A program made the position numbers and the translations under genes. DNA of 64,000 nucleotides from Phoronis australis (taxonomy: Eukaryota; Animalia; Phoronida). Location: contig NMRA01000059.1 in assembly GCA_002633005.1 (NCBI GenBank), positions 1,017,133 through 1,081,132 on the forward strand, read 5' to 3'. Shown piece after piece: positions 14,901-29,167 of this stretch (the stretch's first letter is position 1; every line of letters starts with the position of its first letter). Under the pieces are notes generated by a model. It was given only the letters and a program-made list of their open reading frames with translations. It searched no databases and was not told the origin of the DNA.

Positions 14901-16900
14901 ATTATGTTAAAATAGCATTTCCATGTAGTTCCTGTGTTACATTTGCATAGTCAGAAGCATGCAAATACATCTCTAAAGCTTCGGTTTTTGACTTGTTCCT
15001 TACCTATTTGTGGGCATAGAGAGAACTGACTGGTCCTCATTGACTGGTCATTACTGACCGGTATGTTATTGACAGGTCGTTACTGATGGGTTGTTATTGA
15101 CAGGCCATTGTTGCTTGGACACTGCTTTGCCAATAACGAAGTGAGTTGACCTAACTCCGTTAGCCTGGACATTATGAACTAGTCTGTACATTCAGCCTAA
15201 TACTTACCCATTTAGTCCTTTTAACCCAGTAACAGTAAATATTTTATGGAAGTACAAACCCTGTAGAATTTGATTTATTTACACTCAATATTCAAGGTGA
15301 AATCTCAAAAGCACTGTTACAGTTTTCGGAATTATTAATACGTCTAACTGCTTTATGCAACTTTAATTTTTTTATTAAAAAGGAGACCTATTTTTGGAGC
15401 TCCTCCTGCGAAAGTAGAACATTTTCAAAACAATTCCTAATATTCAATCAGCCATTTCTGAAATATTATGTTCCAAAGTTTGCCAAATTTGGGCATTTTT
15501 AGGATCTTTCATGAGGGTCCTTCATAAACCTTAAACATCCTCCTTAACTATGGATATGCTCTTTCCGTGTCCGTAAGTCTCATCTGATCTTCGTAAAGAT
15601 GTTGAGACCAGTTTAGATTGACCTGCAAGTACAATTAGCAGCTGTAAGGCCGTTTCCATTCAGTTAGTTTCACTACAACTGAAGCTTTGATGTGAACAGT
15701 GATTTACCTCGAAGTTGAGCGTGAGTGTTAACATCAACTTCGGAGTTATAGTTTAGTGAATATCACGTTAGCCAGTTCCGTGAGCTATATACAATTAATT
15801 TATCTCATTGGACCTGTATACGTTCATACGCGTTATTGTTTTCGTCTTTGCCATCGAAAATGACAAGAGCCTCCCCCTCTCCCCACATAGACACAAGGAC
15901 GAAGAAGATTGACGGCATTTTAACAGAAAATTGGAGTCTTGTAACTTGCAGCAAATCTATGTAAAAGTGGAATGATATTTGACTGGATCTCGTTTTGCGA
16001 TTTTTTATTATTTTTAAGGAAAGAATCCAGCAAGCACATGGACAAATTGAAACATAATGCTTATACTGTCAAAATAACAAATATTGGAACAAATATTTAC
16101 AAATGTTAACCAGTCACTGCCCCCTGTTGGCGAATGCAGTGACACCTGCCAATAACTCTTGATGACATCGAAGTTAAGTGTTCTTATTATACCCAAGCAT
16201 CGACTCTTCGCTTTTAAATTCACCTATTAATTTCGAAGTTAACTAGTGCTGTTAGCTTTGATAAAAGACTGAAATTAAGTGTTCCCACTGACTGAAGCTT
16301 TGGTAATACATAGGCAATGGGAATAGCCGTTTAGATGAGTTGCACATTCTAGTATCAATTCTGTTTTCCATGGTAATGAGTTCTTGTAACTATATGTTTG
16401 TTTATGTTGACATGCTGTTGCTTTAACTGCGGTCAAGCACAGCAAATGAAAAAGTAATTAAGTGTTTGGATTCGATTTAGATTGTGTACATGACTGTGCC
16501 TCCATGCATCAAATAGTAAAAGTTATTAAATAGTTCATTGAAAGTAGATCTAGCGTATTATTTATCTGTTCACACTTAATACTACTGTTATCCATTAAAC
16601 ATTTGTTGTTGGCAGTAAATTTGCCTTAGTGCAAGTGTTGTTTAAGTAAACACTGACTTCTGCCATGTTGGTTTCATCATCAATTCTCTCATAAGTTCAG
16701 AATGAAATAGGCTCTTGTTTTGAAACACAATATAACAGCTGACCAATATTCATTAACAAAACAGGAGAACATAAATACATGAACTCATATTCCTGAACCT
16801 TTTGATCAGGCACACCCACACATCCATCAGTTGTTTCTGTAGATTACAAAAATTGTAAATCTCATGGTGTTGTCTTGGGTAGTGTATATCATCCAGCGAA

Positions 16901-17244
16901 TACGGTAAAAATTCTCCAGTTTGGGACAGTCTTTAAATTTGGGACACCCAAATTCAAGCTGAAATTCGAATTGTCTTTCAAGATTGGGACTTGAACGATT
17001 TTGGCTTTCGTCATATTTCTAAAATATCGTACTATGTGTTTTATATCAACTGAGGGTGGACTTGCTGTTCTTAAAAGTTGTTGAAAATAGCCACTCATAT
17101 CAGGGTGAATGTTTGTTTTTTGTTGATAGTAATTCTTGAATTTTTGACGACCAATGTTACCTATTTCCAAAATTTGGTACAAACTCCGATCTTGAGCAAA
17201 ATGATTAATTTTTGACTGTACCAAATTGGAGAATTTTTACCATA
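16901..17244. mobile_element. Tc1/mariner-type MITE (TA-flanked)
   Basis: TA|CGGTAAAAATTCTCCAgTTTGGgACAGTC ... GACTGTaCCAAAtTGGAGAATTTTTACCA|TA, with internal tttgggac repeats. Confidence 0.8.
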
Positions 17245-17377
17245 TGTATAATTTGTGTTATTGTAACTTTGTTAGTCTGTTCATCATTTTACATAAATAG
17301 TTATGTAATCCTTATTTTGTATAAAAATAATTGTCGTTTCCTAGTTTACACAGGCTGATTACTTAGCTGCATATTAT

Positions 17378-18117
17378 GGGCCCTTTCATACTAAAGTTGA
17401 TGTTTTGGGGAGTTGCATTCAGCATGACTGGTTTACTTCGGTTCAGGATCGAAGTTAACAGCTCCAGTTAACTTCGCAGTAAACAGGTGGATTTAATAGC
17501 TGAGCCTCAACGCTGCAGTACAGTATGAACGGTCAACTTCGGTCCCATCGAAGTTATCGCCAGGTGCCACTGTTATCATCGACAATTACAGAGTATTGTC
17601 GTCGCTAATAGTTGCTTATATTTTGCTCTAATTATCACCAATCGAATTAAAAATAAGTTTTATGTCGGCTCATGTAAATGTTCCCAAATTGTCACATTAA
17701 AAAAACCTTAGCGTACAACACTACCTTGCGATTACTTCAATGACAACAGCACCACCTACCAATTACTTCGAAGTCTGTTAACTACTGAAGCCAGTATGAA
17801 CAGTTTAGTTGAAGTTATCACCAGGGGTCACTGTTATCGTGAACAATCAAATAGCAGTGTTCTCGTTAATAGCTGCTTATATTTCGCTTGAATAATCATC
17901 AATCGAATTAGAAATAAGTTTTACGTCAATTAGAACTCGTAAATGTTCCCAAATTGTCACATTAAAGAAATATTAGTGTGCACGCGATGTATCAGCGCTA
18001 TAAGCCATTTACTTCGATGTTCGTTAACTGCAAAAGCCAGTATGAAAGTTTCAGTTAACTCCACAATTTACATCGACGCTCCGCTCACAACGGAGTTAAG
18101 TCAGTATGAAAGGGCCT
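17378..18117 (+). mobile_element. PIF/Harbinger-like MITE, family H copy 1 (with internal duplication)
   Basis: TIRs ggccctttcatact ... agtatgaaagggcc. Internal block aatcgaatta.aaataag...aaatgttcccaaattgtcacattaaa occurs twice. Superfamily inferred from the TIR only. Confidence 0.75.
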
Positions 18118-20130
18118 TTTGGTAACATCACTCAATACTGTTTTATGACACCAAGAACACTGAACTAAAAATGTCTTTGTTTTTTTTAAGAAATTTGCCA
18201 TATTGCGTATTGAGTTCTAAGTAGATACGGAATTTCCATATTATGTTATTTATGTTGCTATTTTTAAACTAATGGTTATCTTGCACCGCATAACCTCTCA
18301 TTTTCACTGGATCTATTACACACCTTTGAGATGATATCCAATGACTTTTCATACTAAAATATCCATACTTACAAAAGCTTATTAAGAATTATGCTTTATT
18401 AACATTTTTATGGTTTAGGCCGATGAGTCTTGTAACACTGAGCAACGTTAAACCACCCAATGGTAATGTTCTTTTTGTGCCTAAGGCATTCTGTTGTTAT
18501 ATGAAGCTTGCAGCCAATTTTTTCTTATAGCAGCTTTGTCTGCCGTAAAACTGACATGAGACATCAAGACCATAGTTCTGCCATATGATTGTTGGCCGCC
18601 CTGGAAATTATTCGATTTTGCTTTACTCAGATAAAATCTTTTAGTCCCACTTATACGAGGCAAGTCTTGTAAAAAATGCAGTGAGGATGTGTTTCCGTGA
18701 CATGTTTAGCTTCAAGTGACATTATCACTGACAAAAAATATCTTGCTGACATCAGTCCCAGAGCAGAATCACACCTGGACCGATCGCGGTCGCAGTCATA
18801 CGCTATGCTGGTTGAGCTAAATCCCACTCAATAAATGGCAGACGAGTATTTTAAGGACAAATAACTGTAAAATTTACTGGCCTCAATTTCAGCGAATGTC
18901 TGGCAAACAATGTCAAGAATTGGCTAGTTGTAATAAATCAAAAAAAACTCAACATGTTTTGTTGTTTTATAGCTTTTGGTTTGTAAATATAAAGGTACTA
19001 TCTTTATGTTGTCTATCCCATTAAGTAATAATGTCAAAGTGCATTTTTCACCCGTAAAAGCAATAATAGTGTCCCTTTAAATATGTTTATTATCTTGGGA
19101 CAGTCGATGTTAAAATGTCTGGTTGGTTGTGTTTGATAAAAAATGCTGCTCAGTGTGAGAAAACTTATTGCTAGTATCTCCGTCATTCGCATGGATTAAA
19201 AGTTCTTGTCTCAAAATTTGATGGACACTGTCAAAATTAGTGGCATATGTGTTTTATAGTGTGTTCGTGTTTTTTCTACTCTGCGTAGAGCTATTTTGTA
19301 GACATATTCCATAGTCTGTGTTTTGTGTGAAAATACACTGCCAGCATTCACTTCTATGGCAACACTACATGCACATGGATCCTAAACTCCATTTATTGTT
19401 TATTTGTCTTTTGTATTAGTCAAGATTAAAAACTTCAGTCTAGTTATTTTGTTTTACTGTCAATTTTCCGTGTTGTGATATTCTTCTAGAGTTTGCTAAC
19501 CAAGCTTAAAACGTATCTGGTGTTGGATAATGCTTAGATGTAGTTGGTCATCTAATGGATCGGAGTTTATCTTGCAAAAGACGCTTACACGTTTATGGTG
19601 GTTATCCCATGTACCTAAAAATGATAGCGCCGTATAGAGTGACATTTGGTGAAATTGAATGAAAAGCCTTCTTATGAAGTTGTTGATATAGGACGACAAA
19701 AATCAATAAAGAACAGTGATGAGGATGATTTGGATAACAATAACGGTTGAAGAAGATGAGTGATAAAGTTAGAAGGTGGTATTCGATAACAATAAATTGA
19801 TTGAATTAGAAGATTTTTAGAGCTGGAAATGATTACAAAAAACTAAATAGGGGGCTGGTGAAGATAATACGTTGAATGAACCATTTGCAGAATTAACGAC
19901 CTTGCGATAACAAAAGAAATCGAATGAATACCAGAACTGATAAATATGATAACGGCATCAAAACTGCACAAAGAAGATTAGATCACACACCTGGTTAAAT
20001 AATAATAATGACCGTCTAGACATTTTCGTTTTCAATACTGGGTGTTCAGTTTGTATGTAGATTTGTTGTAGTTGATTACAGTTGACATCAATTACAAGGA
20101 CACTGTCATGTTTGGACTGGATGTGTTTAA

Positions 20131-20645
20131 AGGGCTTTTCATATTACCGTCACCGCGTCGATGTTTTGGGGAGTTGCGGTCAGTATGAAGGTTAAATTTG
20201 GCCAGGTCTTGGATCGAAGTTAACAGCGCCAGTTAACGTCGTAGTAAACAGATGGATTTAACTGGGGAGCGTCGATGCTGCGATGCAGTATGAATGGTGA
20301 ACTTCGGTCCCTTCAACGTTATCACCATGTGGCACTGTTTTCGTCAACTTGAATTAAAGGGTAGTGTCATCACAAATAGTTGCTTATATTTGCTCAAATA
20401 ATCAATCTAATTAAAAATAAGTTACATTTTACATCAAGTAGCACATGTAAATGTTCCCAAAATTGTCACATTAAAAAAATCTTAGCATTCAGCGCTACCT
20501 TGCGATAACTTCGATGACAACAGCATCACCTCCCATTTACTTCGATGTCCGTTAACTACTGAAGCTGGTATGAATGGTTCAGTTAACTTTGTGGTTTATG
20601 TCCACGCTCCATTCAAACTGGACTTAAATCAGTATGAGAAGGCCT
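20131..20645 (+). mobile_element. Family H MITE copy 2
   Basis: Colinear with 17378-18117 (gatgttttggggagttgc..., aaatgttcccaaa.ttgtcacattaaaaaaa); ends cagtatgagaaggcct. Confidence 0.75.
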
Positions 20646-23600
20646 GATGTGGTGTGGAGTTGTGTTGAGGTTGTCAGACCATAGATAAATGTTTAAACAG
20701 TGGGACATTTCGGAACATAGTTTATTTGAAATGGCCAATTACTGGTACATCCAAAACGCTGCTAGGAATTGTTCTTAGAATGTCTTGCTGTGACATGAGT
20801 GGCTATCATGAATTGGGACTTTCAGTGATTTTCATGAAAAATTAAATTGCATGAGTTACAAAACTGCGTTCATGAGATCTCATCAACATTTACATCAATC
20901 GAATTTTGTTATTATTTTACTATGAATCAATGTACTTTTCTTTTTTTGGTAAATTTTATTAAAAAGACATGACCTTGTGACCCAATTAATGGCAGATTGG
21001 TATAAATTCAAAAAAGTGAAATTCTACGGGCTTTCTACTTTCAGAATACATATAATTAAATTCTATGGTTTTTGTAGACATTTGACGAAATGCACTGACT
21101 ATTCAGTATGTCCTACATCACTCTGTTGCTTATGAATTTTGACTTTTTCATGGCATTTTTTCCTGAATGTATACTTATAAATTCTTCATTGTTGATTCTT
21201 TACAAAGAGAATGCCATTGTCTAGATTATTACTCGTGTACTCATTAGTATGTTTTTTATTTCCTTACTTTTGTGCTGAATATTGCTTTGCATTACAAGTA
21301 CTTTTTTATTCGCAAATTCCAAAATAGAAAACTGGCAGTTGGAAGACTAAATGTGAGGCCATTCATCGTTCAAATCCGTGCTGTGTATTATTGGGCTGAT
21401 TATTGTAACAGGTTGGACTACTTAATGTCATTCTACTTGTTTGATCAAACATATCTTAATCCTCTTATTTTTGGCATACATGTAGATCCAAGGGTGTTGC
21501 TGAGTTTTGTTGTCGGCTGACCGTGGGATTGATCATGCCTGTATTGGCACTTAAAAGTCACAATAACAGCCAATAGATCGGATAAGATCTCCACCTGACT
21601 AGACTGGTCAAACAGTTCGAGAGGCTCTTGTCTATTCAAGGTCTAAAGTTGCTATTGCAGCTCCACACATGACAGTTGGAGCCTTTTGTCTATGCAAGGT
21701 CTAAAGTTGCCATCTCAGCTCCACACGTGACAATTGCGTTTGCCTGGTTATGTTATCTACTTTAACACTTAGCCACACGACAATGTCATAGGAAATAAAC
21801 TAATCAATATTCGCTAAATGGAAGCACGACCAACCGCTGTGCAAACATTTTACAATAATGCCCATCATCACTGGACCTGTATTGTTGGCTTGCTCATTGA
21901 TTTGTGATTGGCCATTGAAGTTGCAACTGATCAGGGGAATCGCTGATGGTGTCTTGGATAATGAGATCTGTTGTTTTGCAGCGGAGGTGCGGGGGGGGGG
22001 GGCAGGAGGTCATAAGCTCTGTAATCCTAATGGTCTGCTGCCAAGAATATTTCAAACAAGAGATTTGAATTTTTGTTAAGAAAAATCCTCGATGGCACAA
22101 TTGGTGATTGTCGTGAGACAACTCCTGCACTAACATTTAGGGTTTTGTCACCTCAAGGCCTAAGCCAGACTGTGACTTACCCATCTTAATCGATTCAAGA
22201 ATTACTGATGCTCGTGGCTTTAAGCGATTCTGAAGGAAATCTAGTACTTGCTAATTTCTCTTATAAAAGCTTGATTTTTAAAATGCAAAGACTGCTTCTA
22301 TAGAGATGGCAACAGATGAGGATGAGTTTTAGACTAATCATACTATATCTGCCCCCTAGTGTCAATTGTTTTTTACGTTTGCCTCAATATCTTAAGTTTT
22401 CATTGGCTTATTTTCATGAAATTTGGCAAATAATTGTGTTTTACAGAGATCGACAATGCCATCTTTTCAGTTCGGATGGGTTTGTCGCAGTCTGCGCCAT
22501 CTAACACCTACAGAAGCACACCATTAGTGGTCCAGTTGAGGCCGCATTTCAATGCTCTGTGTTGCTCTTTTTCACCTTCTCAAACTGGTGAATGCTTGCC
22601 AAACACATCTCACTCACTATATCAGTTCATGTACCCCGTTTGAGGGTCAATGAGCTGTGTTTGTCGGGTCCATGAGTCATATTCATAAGTGAAGGAATTA
22701 TTGGTTGTATGTTGATGAATGCAGCAGCTGTGTTGTTTGGGTAACCTGTGGAAGTCTGCACACTATCACTTAGTAGGCTTGAGATTTTTAACACCCCTTC
22801 ACCAGACAACAAATGAAACAGTTCCTTTAAAGTAACAAAAGCAAATTACTGAGTGTTCTTTGTTGTCTACATTAAATGAATGATACACAAACTTGTCTGA
22901 GATATTGAACCTTTCCTAAGCATTGTTTTTAGCTTGTAGAACATTAACGTGGAAATCATTCATCACTGTCATTGCTATATCAGGTTATTGGAACAACACA
23001 TTGTCCATGGAGCTGTAGTCTCAAAGTTCACTGACTCACTAACTCATGCCTCCACTGATATAATGCAACTTCCACTACCAAAAGCACCACTAACCTGTGG
23101 GTGATTGACTTGGCCCTGTTCACACATGTGGTTGGTCTGTGAGAAGCGTTCATTAGGTTGGATATGTTAATTAGTGCTCCAACTGGATTGTTCCAGTAGC
23201 CTTATGTCTAAGTAAAAACAGTTCTACACATAACCCACTAGCCAAATCTGCAGAGGATGGAAATTAAAAAGTTAAACTTTGTGTGTTGGACAATACCTGA
23301 TATTTGAAAAAAATGAAAAACAATGGTGAGGTGTTAAAAATGGGTGTTTTGGGCAAAGGGAGAGTTGTAGATAAAATGATATTTTGAAAGGATAAACAAA
23401 ATAAAATTAGTATCAAAATGCTAAATAAAATGCTGAAATCTAGATTTTTTTGTTGACAGAAATTCATTTTCCATGTGTTTGTGTTCAGGGAAAATTGAAC
23501 TTTCAGCCTGGCATTTGTATTTGTTTGAGCGAGTCGGTTTGTTTTTGGTACCGTAGTTGTTTTTATCACCCCATGTTCGGGAGTTTCTTGTTATGTCTGT

Positions 23601-25115
23601 GTTGCGAACGGAATTCTGAAGACAAACTCAGTCACCTCATGCCCAAGAAAATCATTGATTGTTACGCAAGATGATCCGGCAAGTCGGTCATCAGTAATTA
23701 CTACGTTTTCTCATAGTAATCGCCTTCAGGGCATTTTTGTGCCTTGTTTACTGCACTGAATCATGGACCCATTCATTGATTGCCATTTTTCGATTCTTGG
23801 TATAAAGTACACTGCGAACATGTAACCATCTGATTGGATTCATAAACATTTATTGAGTTGTGGTTAGGGACAGTAGACGCCCACTAGCCACCTTGATATC
23901 TTCCCATGTTCATTGTTATTCCGCCCCAGAGAGTTCACTCAGTACTACGTAAATCGTTTGGGTCTTTCGTTGAGCAGGAAGTCGATTCTCATGTGTTCAC
24001 CGTAGATGGACCTTATCAGTTTTTTTCATCTGGAAAACTCATTTTTGGATGGACTAAAGGTCTTGAATTTATTAATTTATTATCTCTGTGTCTGGCGCTA
24101 TGCTTTAGCTTAGTTGATGATCTGGATCTGTTCAAGTATAAAAAAATGCACACATTTCCAGGTTGGCATCTGCTCGCAAGCTCAACAAAAATGACGTTCA
24201 TTTCCCACTACTCCAGTACAGTAGCCAAGAGAATTCAACAAATATTTCACTTGATACAAGGAGACACACTCGCCTGAGTACACTGAACCACACACTCGCC
24301 TGAGTACACTGAACCGTAAAACAACCAAACTAAACGGTGTCCCTTCGACTGCACTCCTGATATGTTTCGCATGTTCTCTCAAGTGGATTATGTTTGTGTC
24401 AAAGAACTATTATTAAAAAAAACTGTGCTTGTGTGGTTGACATTAAGCTTTTAAAATGTTCTTTGAAGAAATACAATGCTGCTGAAAATCTACAAATTTT
24501 AAACTAAAATTCATCAGCACGATATGTCACGCAGTTTGTTTTTTGATAGAGTTCTGGTTTTCCAATAAATTGGAAAAACGCTTTGCAGTTAATCCCGGCT
24601 GTTCAATACAACTTGCAAAAAGGCAATTTAGAAGATTAGTGGCAGTTAGATGTGGAATAGTTGCCTATAATTACTGTTTACTATGCTTTAATAAAATTGC
24701 CAAATGAATACCACTCTGATGAGACCAATTAAGCGCAGTTAGATTTGAGTAGAGTGGTGTCTACCTGCCCCCACCTGTTTATTGAAACCTCGTTTTGCTA
24801 TCTACTTTGACCTTTGCTTAGTGTGTGTTGCCTGATTTTTTTCATGATTGTTGGGTTTGTTTTAAGAGATGTTGGCAGATTGGGCATCTGACCATTTTCT
24901 GCCATCTGACCAATTGCAGGAACAGATTCAGGGGGTAGACAGGGTTTAGAACTCCTTTGTTTGGCATTATTGTTGTGTTTGCAGGACAATAAATTCCAAA
25001 ATAAAGTCCATTGACATTTCCTGTCTGGTCGCATCCTGTTTGGAACACTGCTTCCTGTATGCCTGTTATGCAATAATGCCATGCTTGAGGCTTCAATTAA
25101 CAGCTCCACTCTTTA

Positions 25116-26095
25116 AGGCCCTTTCATATTGACTTCCCGTCTGACCAGAGCGTCCATCAGGGCTTGGAATTTTCCGCGAAAATGCGGATTTCTGCTTTTT
25201 TCAAATGTTCTGTCCGCACATTTTATTGTATTTCCGTGTAAAAAAAAAAACGGATTTGATGTAAAATTTCCGCGGCAAATTCCTTTCTTACCGCGGCGTT
25301 GCAGATGACATTCACCTCGAAAAGCAGAAGTTGCTCTTTATGTTTTGGAGGAACGTAAGCTGTCAACATTGCCGGGGCATCTGGGATAGCGTGGAGGGAT
25401 TTTCAATGGCGTCTCGTGTTCTTGTAAACTGCGGCGACAAATACTACGGCTCTGCAGCCAAAAATGTGTGGGTTGGGAGTGGACGGACGACCTAAAAGGA
25501 CGCAGACGCATGCTACTGGTGGTGGTAACGTTTTTTTTTAGTCCTCCCGATTTTTGTCGGGGAAAGGTTCACATCGACCATTTCAAGGCTGGGTAGCGCG
25601 CATGATTTGGGCCGTAAAAGTTTCCGCGTTTTTTGTCATTGGTCATTCCAAGCCCTGGTCCATGTAAACTGCGAAGCTAACTGAACCGTTCATACTGGCT
25701 TCGCTAGTTAACGGACATCAAGTTAACAGTAGATTACGCTGTTTTCATCGAAGTAACCACAAGGTAGCGCTAATGCTTCGCGTGCACGCTTAGATTTTTT
25801 TAATGTGACAATTTGGGAACATTTACATGTGCTTTTTGCTAATTCGATTTGTGATTATTCGAGCAACCTATTAGCAATGACACTACCCTTTAATTGTTGA
25901 CGACGACAGGCCTGGCAGTAACTTCGATGGGACCAAAGTTGACCGTTCATATTGGACCGCAGCGTCGATGCTCCGCTTTTAATCCACCTGTTTACTGCGA
26001 AGTTGACTGGCGCTGTTAACTTCGATCCAGGACGGAAGTCAACTGTTCATACTGCTACTCCTCAAAACAGCGCGTCGACATTAGTATGAAAGAGA
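25116..26095 (-). mobile_element. Family H MITE copy 3 (inverted), interrupted by a nested insertion
   Basis: Starts aggccctttcatattgactt; contains tttttaatgtgacaatttgggaacattt (reverse complement of the family core); split at 25157/25658. Confidence 0.75.
25158..25657 (+). mobile_element. ~500-bp hAT-like MITE with 6-bp TSD, copy 1
   Basis: TIR CAGGGCTTGGAAT...ATTCCAAGCCCTG; TSD gtccat at 25152-25157 and 25658-25663. Confidence 0.9.
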
Positions 26096-27162
26096 ATATA
26101 AATTATGTAGAGCTCTGGAAAATGTTCAAATTTGGCTAACTTTGGAACATCATATCACAGAAATAACTGATCAAATTCATATGAAACTTCTGATTGGATG
26201 GCAATATGCATTGTTCTCTAAAATTCTGTAAGGAATTGTTTATGTAGTTTTTTGCGTGAGGTGCTATCAAATATAGTTTTTTAATAATTATTCTGAAAAA
26301 TATTAGAAATTGCATTTAACAAAAACGAAACGATATTAGAAGAAATTTATAACATTGTTTTGAATTCGAGCATTCATATTAAACGAATGTTAGTGATATC
26401 ATTATTTTGCTAGTTTTCACTAAAAAGACATGGCGACTTGACCCAATTAACAGCAGATTGGTGTAAAATCTAAAATCCAATTCCACAGGCTTTCTGGTGT
26501 CACAAAATACGTACTTTTCCCCATGTTGAATTCTATTTTCAGATATTTTGCTGAATGCTTAGACTTGTCGATAATGTCCTACATAACCTTAAATATTATT
26601 TTGAGTTAAAAAATACTTTTATGCAAATAATCTTGTTTACTTTTAGGTATTTTTAGGCCTTAACAAAGATGGTTAATGTCATGACTATAATCTGTTTGTA
26701 ACAGCGTATTATAGGATGATTGATTTCTTGTAGTCAGACAAAGGATTCATTTAGGTGTGTGGCTGCATTGTAATCGAGTAGGGAAACAAAATCTAAAATA
26801 TGTTTACTTAGCAGGTTGGTTGAAGCTAATGGATAAAAGTGAGGAGTGTTAAGAGCTTATTTTATTTCATCGACGACTTCATTTTGGTAGTTGATTTTTA
26901 CGAGTGGCATTCAAAAATCAAAAGAATGACAATTGTTGAAGGAACCCTCTCACCTTTGTAGTGGTGATAATGAAATCATCAAGGTTACTAGTGGCAATGG
27001 TTTCCATGGAAACGTATGTAAACGACAGAATATGATGACATGTTTCATTCACGTTTATCAGTGTTATATACACTGTTATGCATTTTGGTTAAATACCCAT
27101 TTCGTTTAAATTGAGAATCTAAAAATCAGGAGTGGGCATTGGCTGAACTTGGGACTATCAAA

Positions 27163-27659
27163 CAGGGCTTCGAATGACCAATGACAAAAAAAACGGAAAT
27201 TTTTACTGCCCAAAACATGCGCGCTTCCCAGCCTTGAAATAGTCGATGTGGACCTTTTGCCGACAAAACTCGGGAGGACTAAAAAAACGGTGCCACCTCC
27301 AGAAGCGTGTGTCTGCGTCTTTTTAGCTCGTCCGTCCACTCCCACCTCCACACATTTTTGGCTGCAGAGTCGTAATATTTGTCACCGCGGTTTACAATCA
27401 CACGAGACGTCATTGAAAAATCCACCATGCTATCCCAGATGCCCCGGCAAAGTTGACAATTTATGTTCCTCCGAAACATAAAGAGCAACTTCCGCTTTTC
27501 GAGGTAAAAGTCGTAGGCAATGCCGCGGTAAAAAAGGAATTTGCCGCGGAAATTTTATATCAAATCCGATTTTTTTTGCGCAGAAATATAATAAAATACG
27601 CGGACAGAACATTTGAAAAAAGCGGAAATCCACATTTTCGCGGAAAATTCCAAGCCTTG
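27163..27659 (-). mobile_element. ~500-bp hAT-like MITE with 6-bp TSD, copy 2 (inverted)
   Basis: Reverse-complement similarity to copy 1 along its length; TSD atcaaa at 27157-27162 and 27660-27665. Confidence 0.9.
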
Positions 27660-29167
27660 ATCAAAGGGTATTTATGTAATCAAAGGTGGGTGTTCACCCA
27701 TACCTCCAAAAGACCTAGATTGTAATATTGGTGTCAGCTTATACCTGCGCGAGAGTCCAGCAAAAATGTTGCAACTCGCGGTTTGTTGTTAAGCAAATTG
27801 TGCGGTAGGATTGCTAGCTGAAATTATCTTGCTTTGGGCTTGTAAGCTGACAGCAAGGGCATGTAAAAGTGAAAATTGTGAAGAATCAGGGTTGGGTTTA
27901 GTTAAATCTGGCTCTAACTCCGTACAAGTTAAAGTACTATCTGTATGCCAGTTTACTTTGATGACGCTGAAAACATAAGACTCTTGAACTAAGAACCTGT
28001 TTTGTGGTCTGTAACCTGAGGTGGTCAATGCAAAGTCACAGTGTGTCCTAATTAGTTTTATCTATATGTGGCTAGCAATTAGAGGAGATTCATCTGTCAA
28101 CTTCTCATGTGGTCACAATGCTGCCATTCACTCATCAATATGTGCATACGAACTAATTCCAACCTTACTTCGTATTTTTGATATATATGTAAAACTCGAA
28201 ATGTACATTTGGAAATTTAAATAGAGAGCTTAGTGTTTCAGGTCAAATGTGTACAGAACACAGAAATTAGAAGAAATTCTCTTGGTGTGGACTACTGAAA
28301 TTTTTTTTTTAAACTTATCAACGAAAATAAAAATTAAGAAAATTCTATTTCTATTTCCATTTTAGCTTGGTGTATGCTGTGTAGGTGTCATGTGACATCT
28401 GGTAAATCTTGTGATAGTAGTAACGATCTAACTGACATTTGAAAAATGGAAAACTGACTCTTTTGGCAATTACTTTTGTACAAATAAGTGAAGAATAACT
28501 GTAGGTTTGCAGAGTTATGTCACCATGATGGACAGAAAGTGAGGGACAGAAAGTGAGGGACAGAAAGTTTACCTTGACACTTATATACTTACCTGTTTGA
28601 TTAATGACTGCTATGCTTGCTCATTGATTTAGAAACTAAGTTATATTTATTGTGAGTTAGCAACATAAACATAGCATACTAATACGGCTATAATTTGAAC
28701 TGATCATTGCCAGCAACAACAAAGAATTTTAGAACATAGCTAAAATCCTGTGTAGTAAAGGGCATTTGGCATTAATTTGATGTCGCCAGCTTTTTCTAAA
28801 TGCTGTATGTATATTTTACAGAAATTCTAATTACTTCGCATTCATGAAATTAGATATCACTGACGTACCATACAATTATTCATGAAATGATACTTGCTGG
28901 TATGAATTACTAAAAAAATCAACAATTATAATGCGTATTGTAAGTTTTGATTACATTTTGTTAAAATGAAGCCTATTGCTTAAAGTTGCATTTTGCTCCG
29001 AAGTTGATCAACTGGCCTCTTACTCTCATAAAATAGGTCTCATGGTATTCTTTGGGTTCCATTTATGTTACCAATGCAGTTAATGCATACATCCCCATGT
29101 TCAGTTTACAATTTTAGGATTGGCCAACCCTAATAATCGTTTCTTTAGTTAATGATGATTTTTATGT

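Noticed and set aside
19490-20010. Possible 3' end of a non-LTR retrotransposon ending in (AAT)n
   Set aside because: A purine-rich strand bias and tail are suggestive, but I found no readable protein motif or TSD.
23850-24400. ORFs 23906-24277 and their antisense partners
   Set aside because: No recognisable domain or exon-like splice context; possibly a decayed transposon.
27106-27725. Cluster of overlapping ORFs
   Set aside because: By-product of the GC-richer non-coding MITE; frames are not kept in the 25158 copy.
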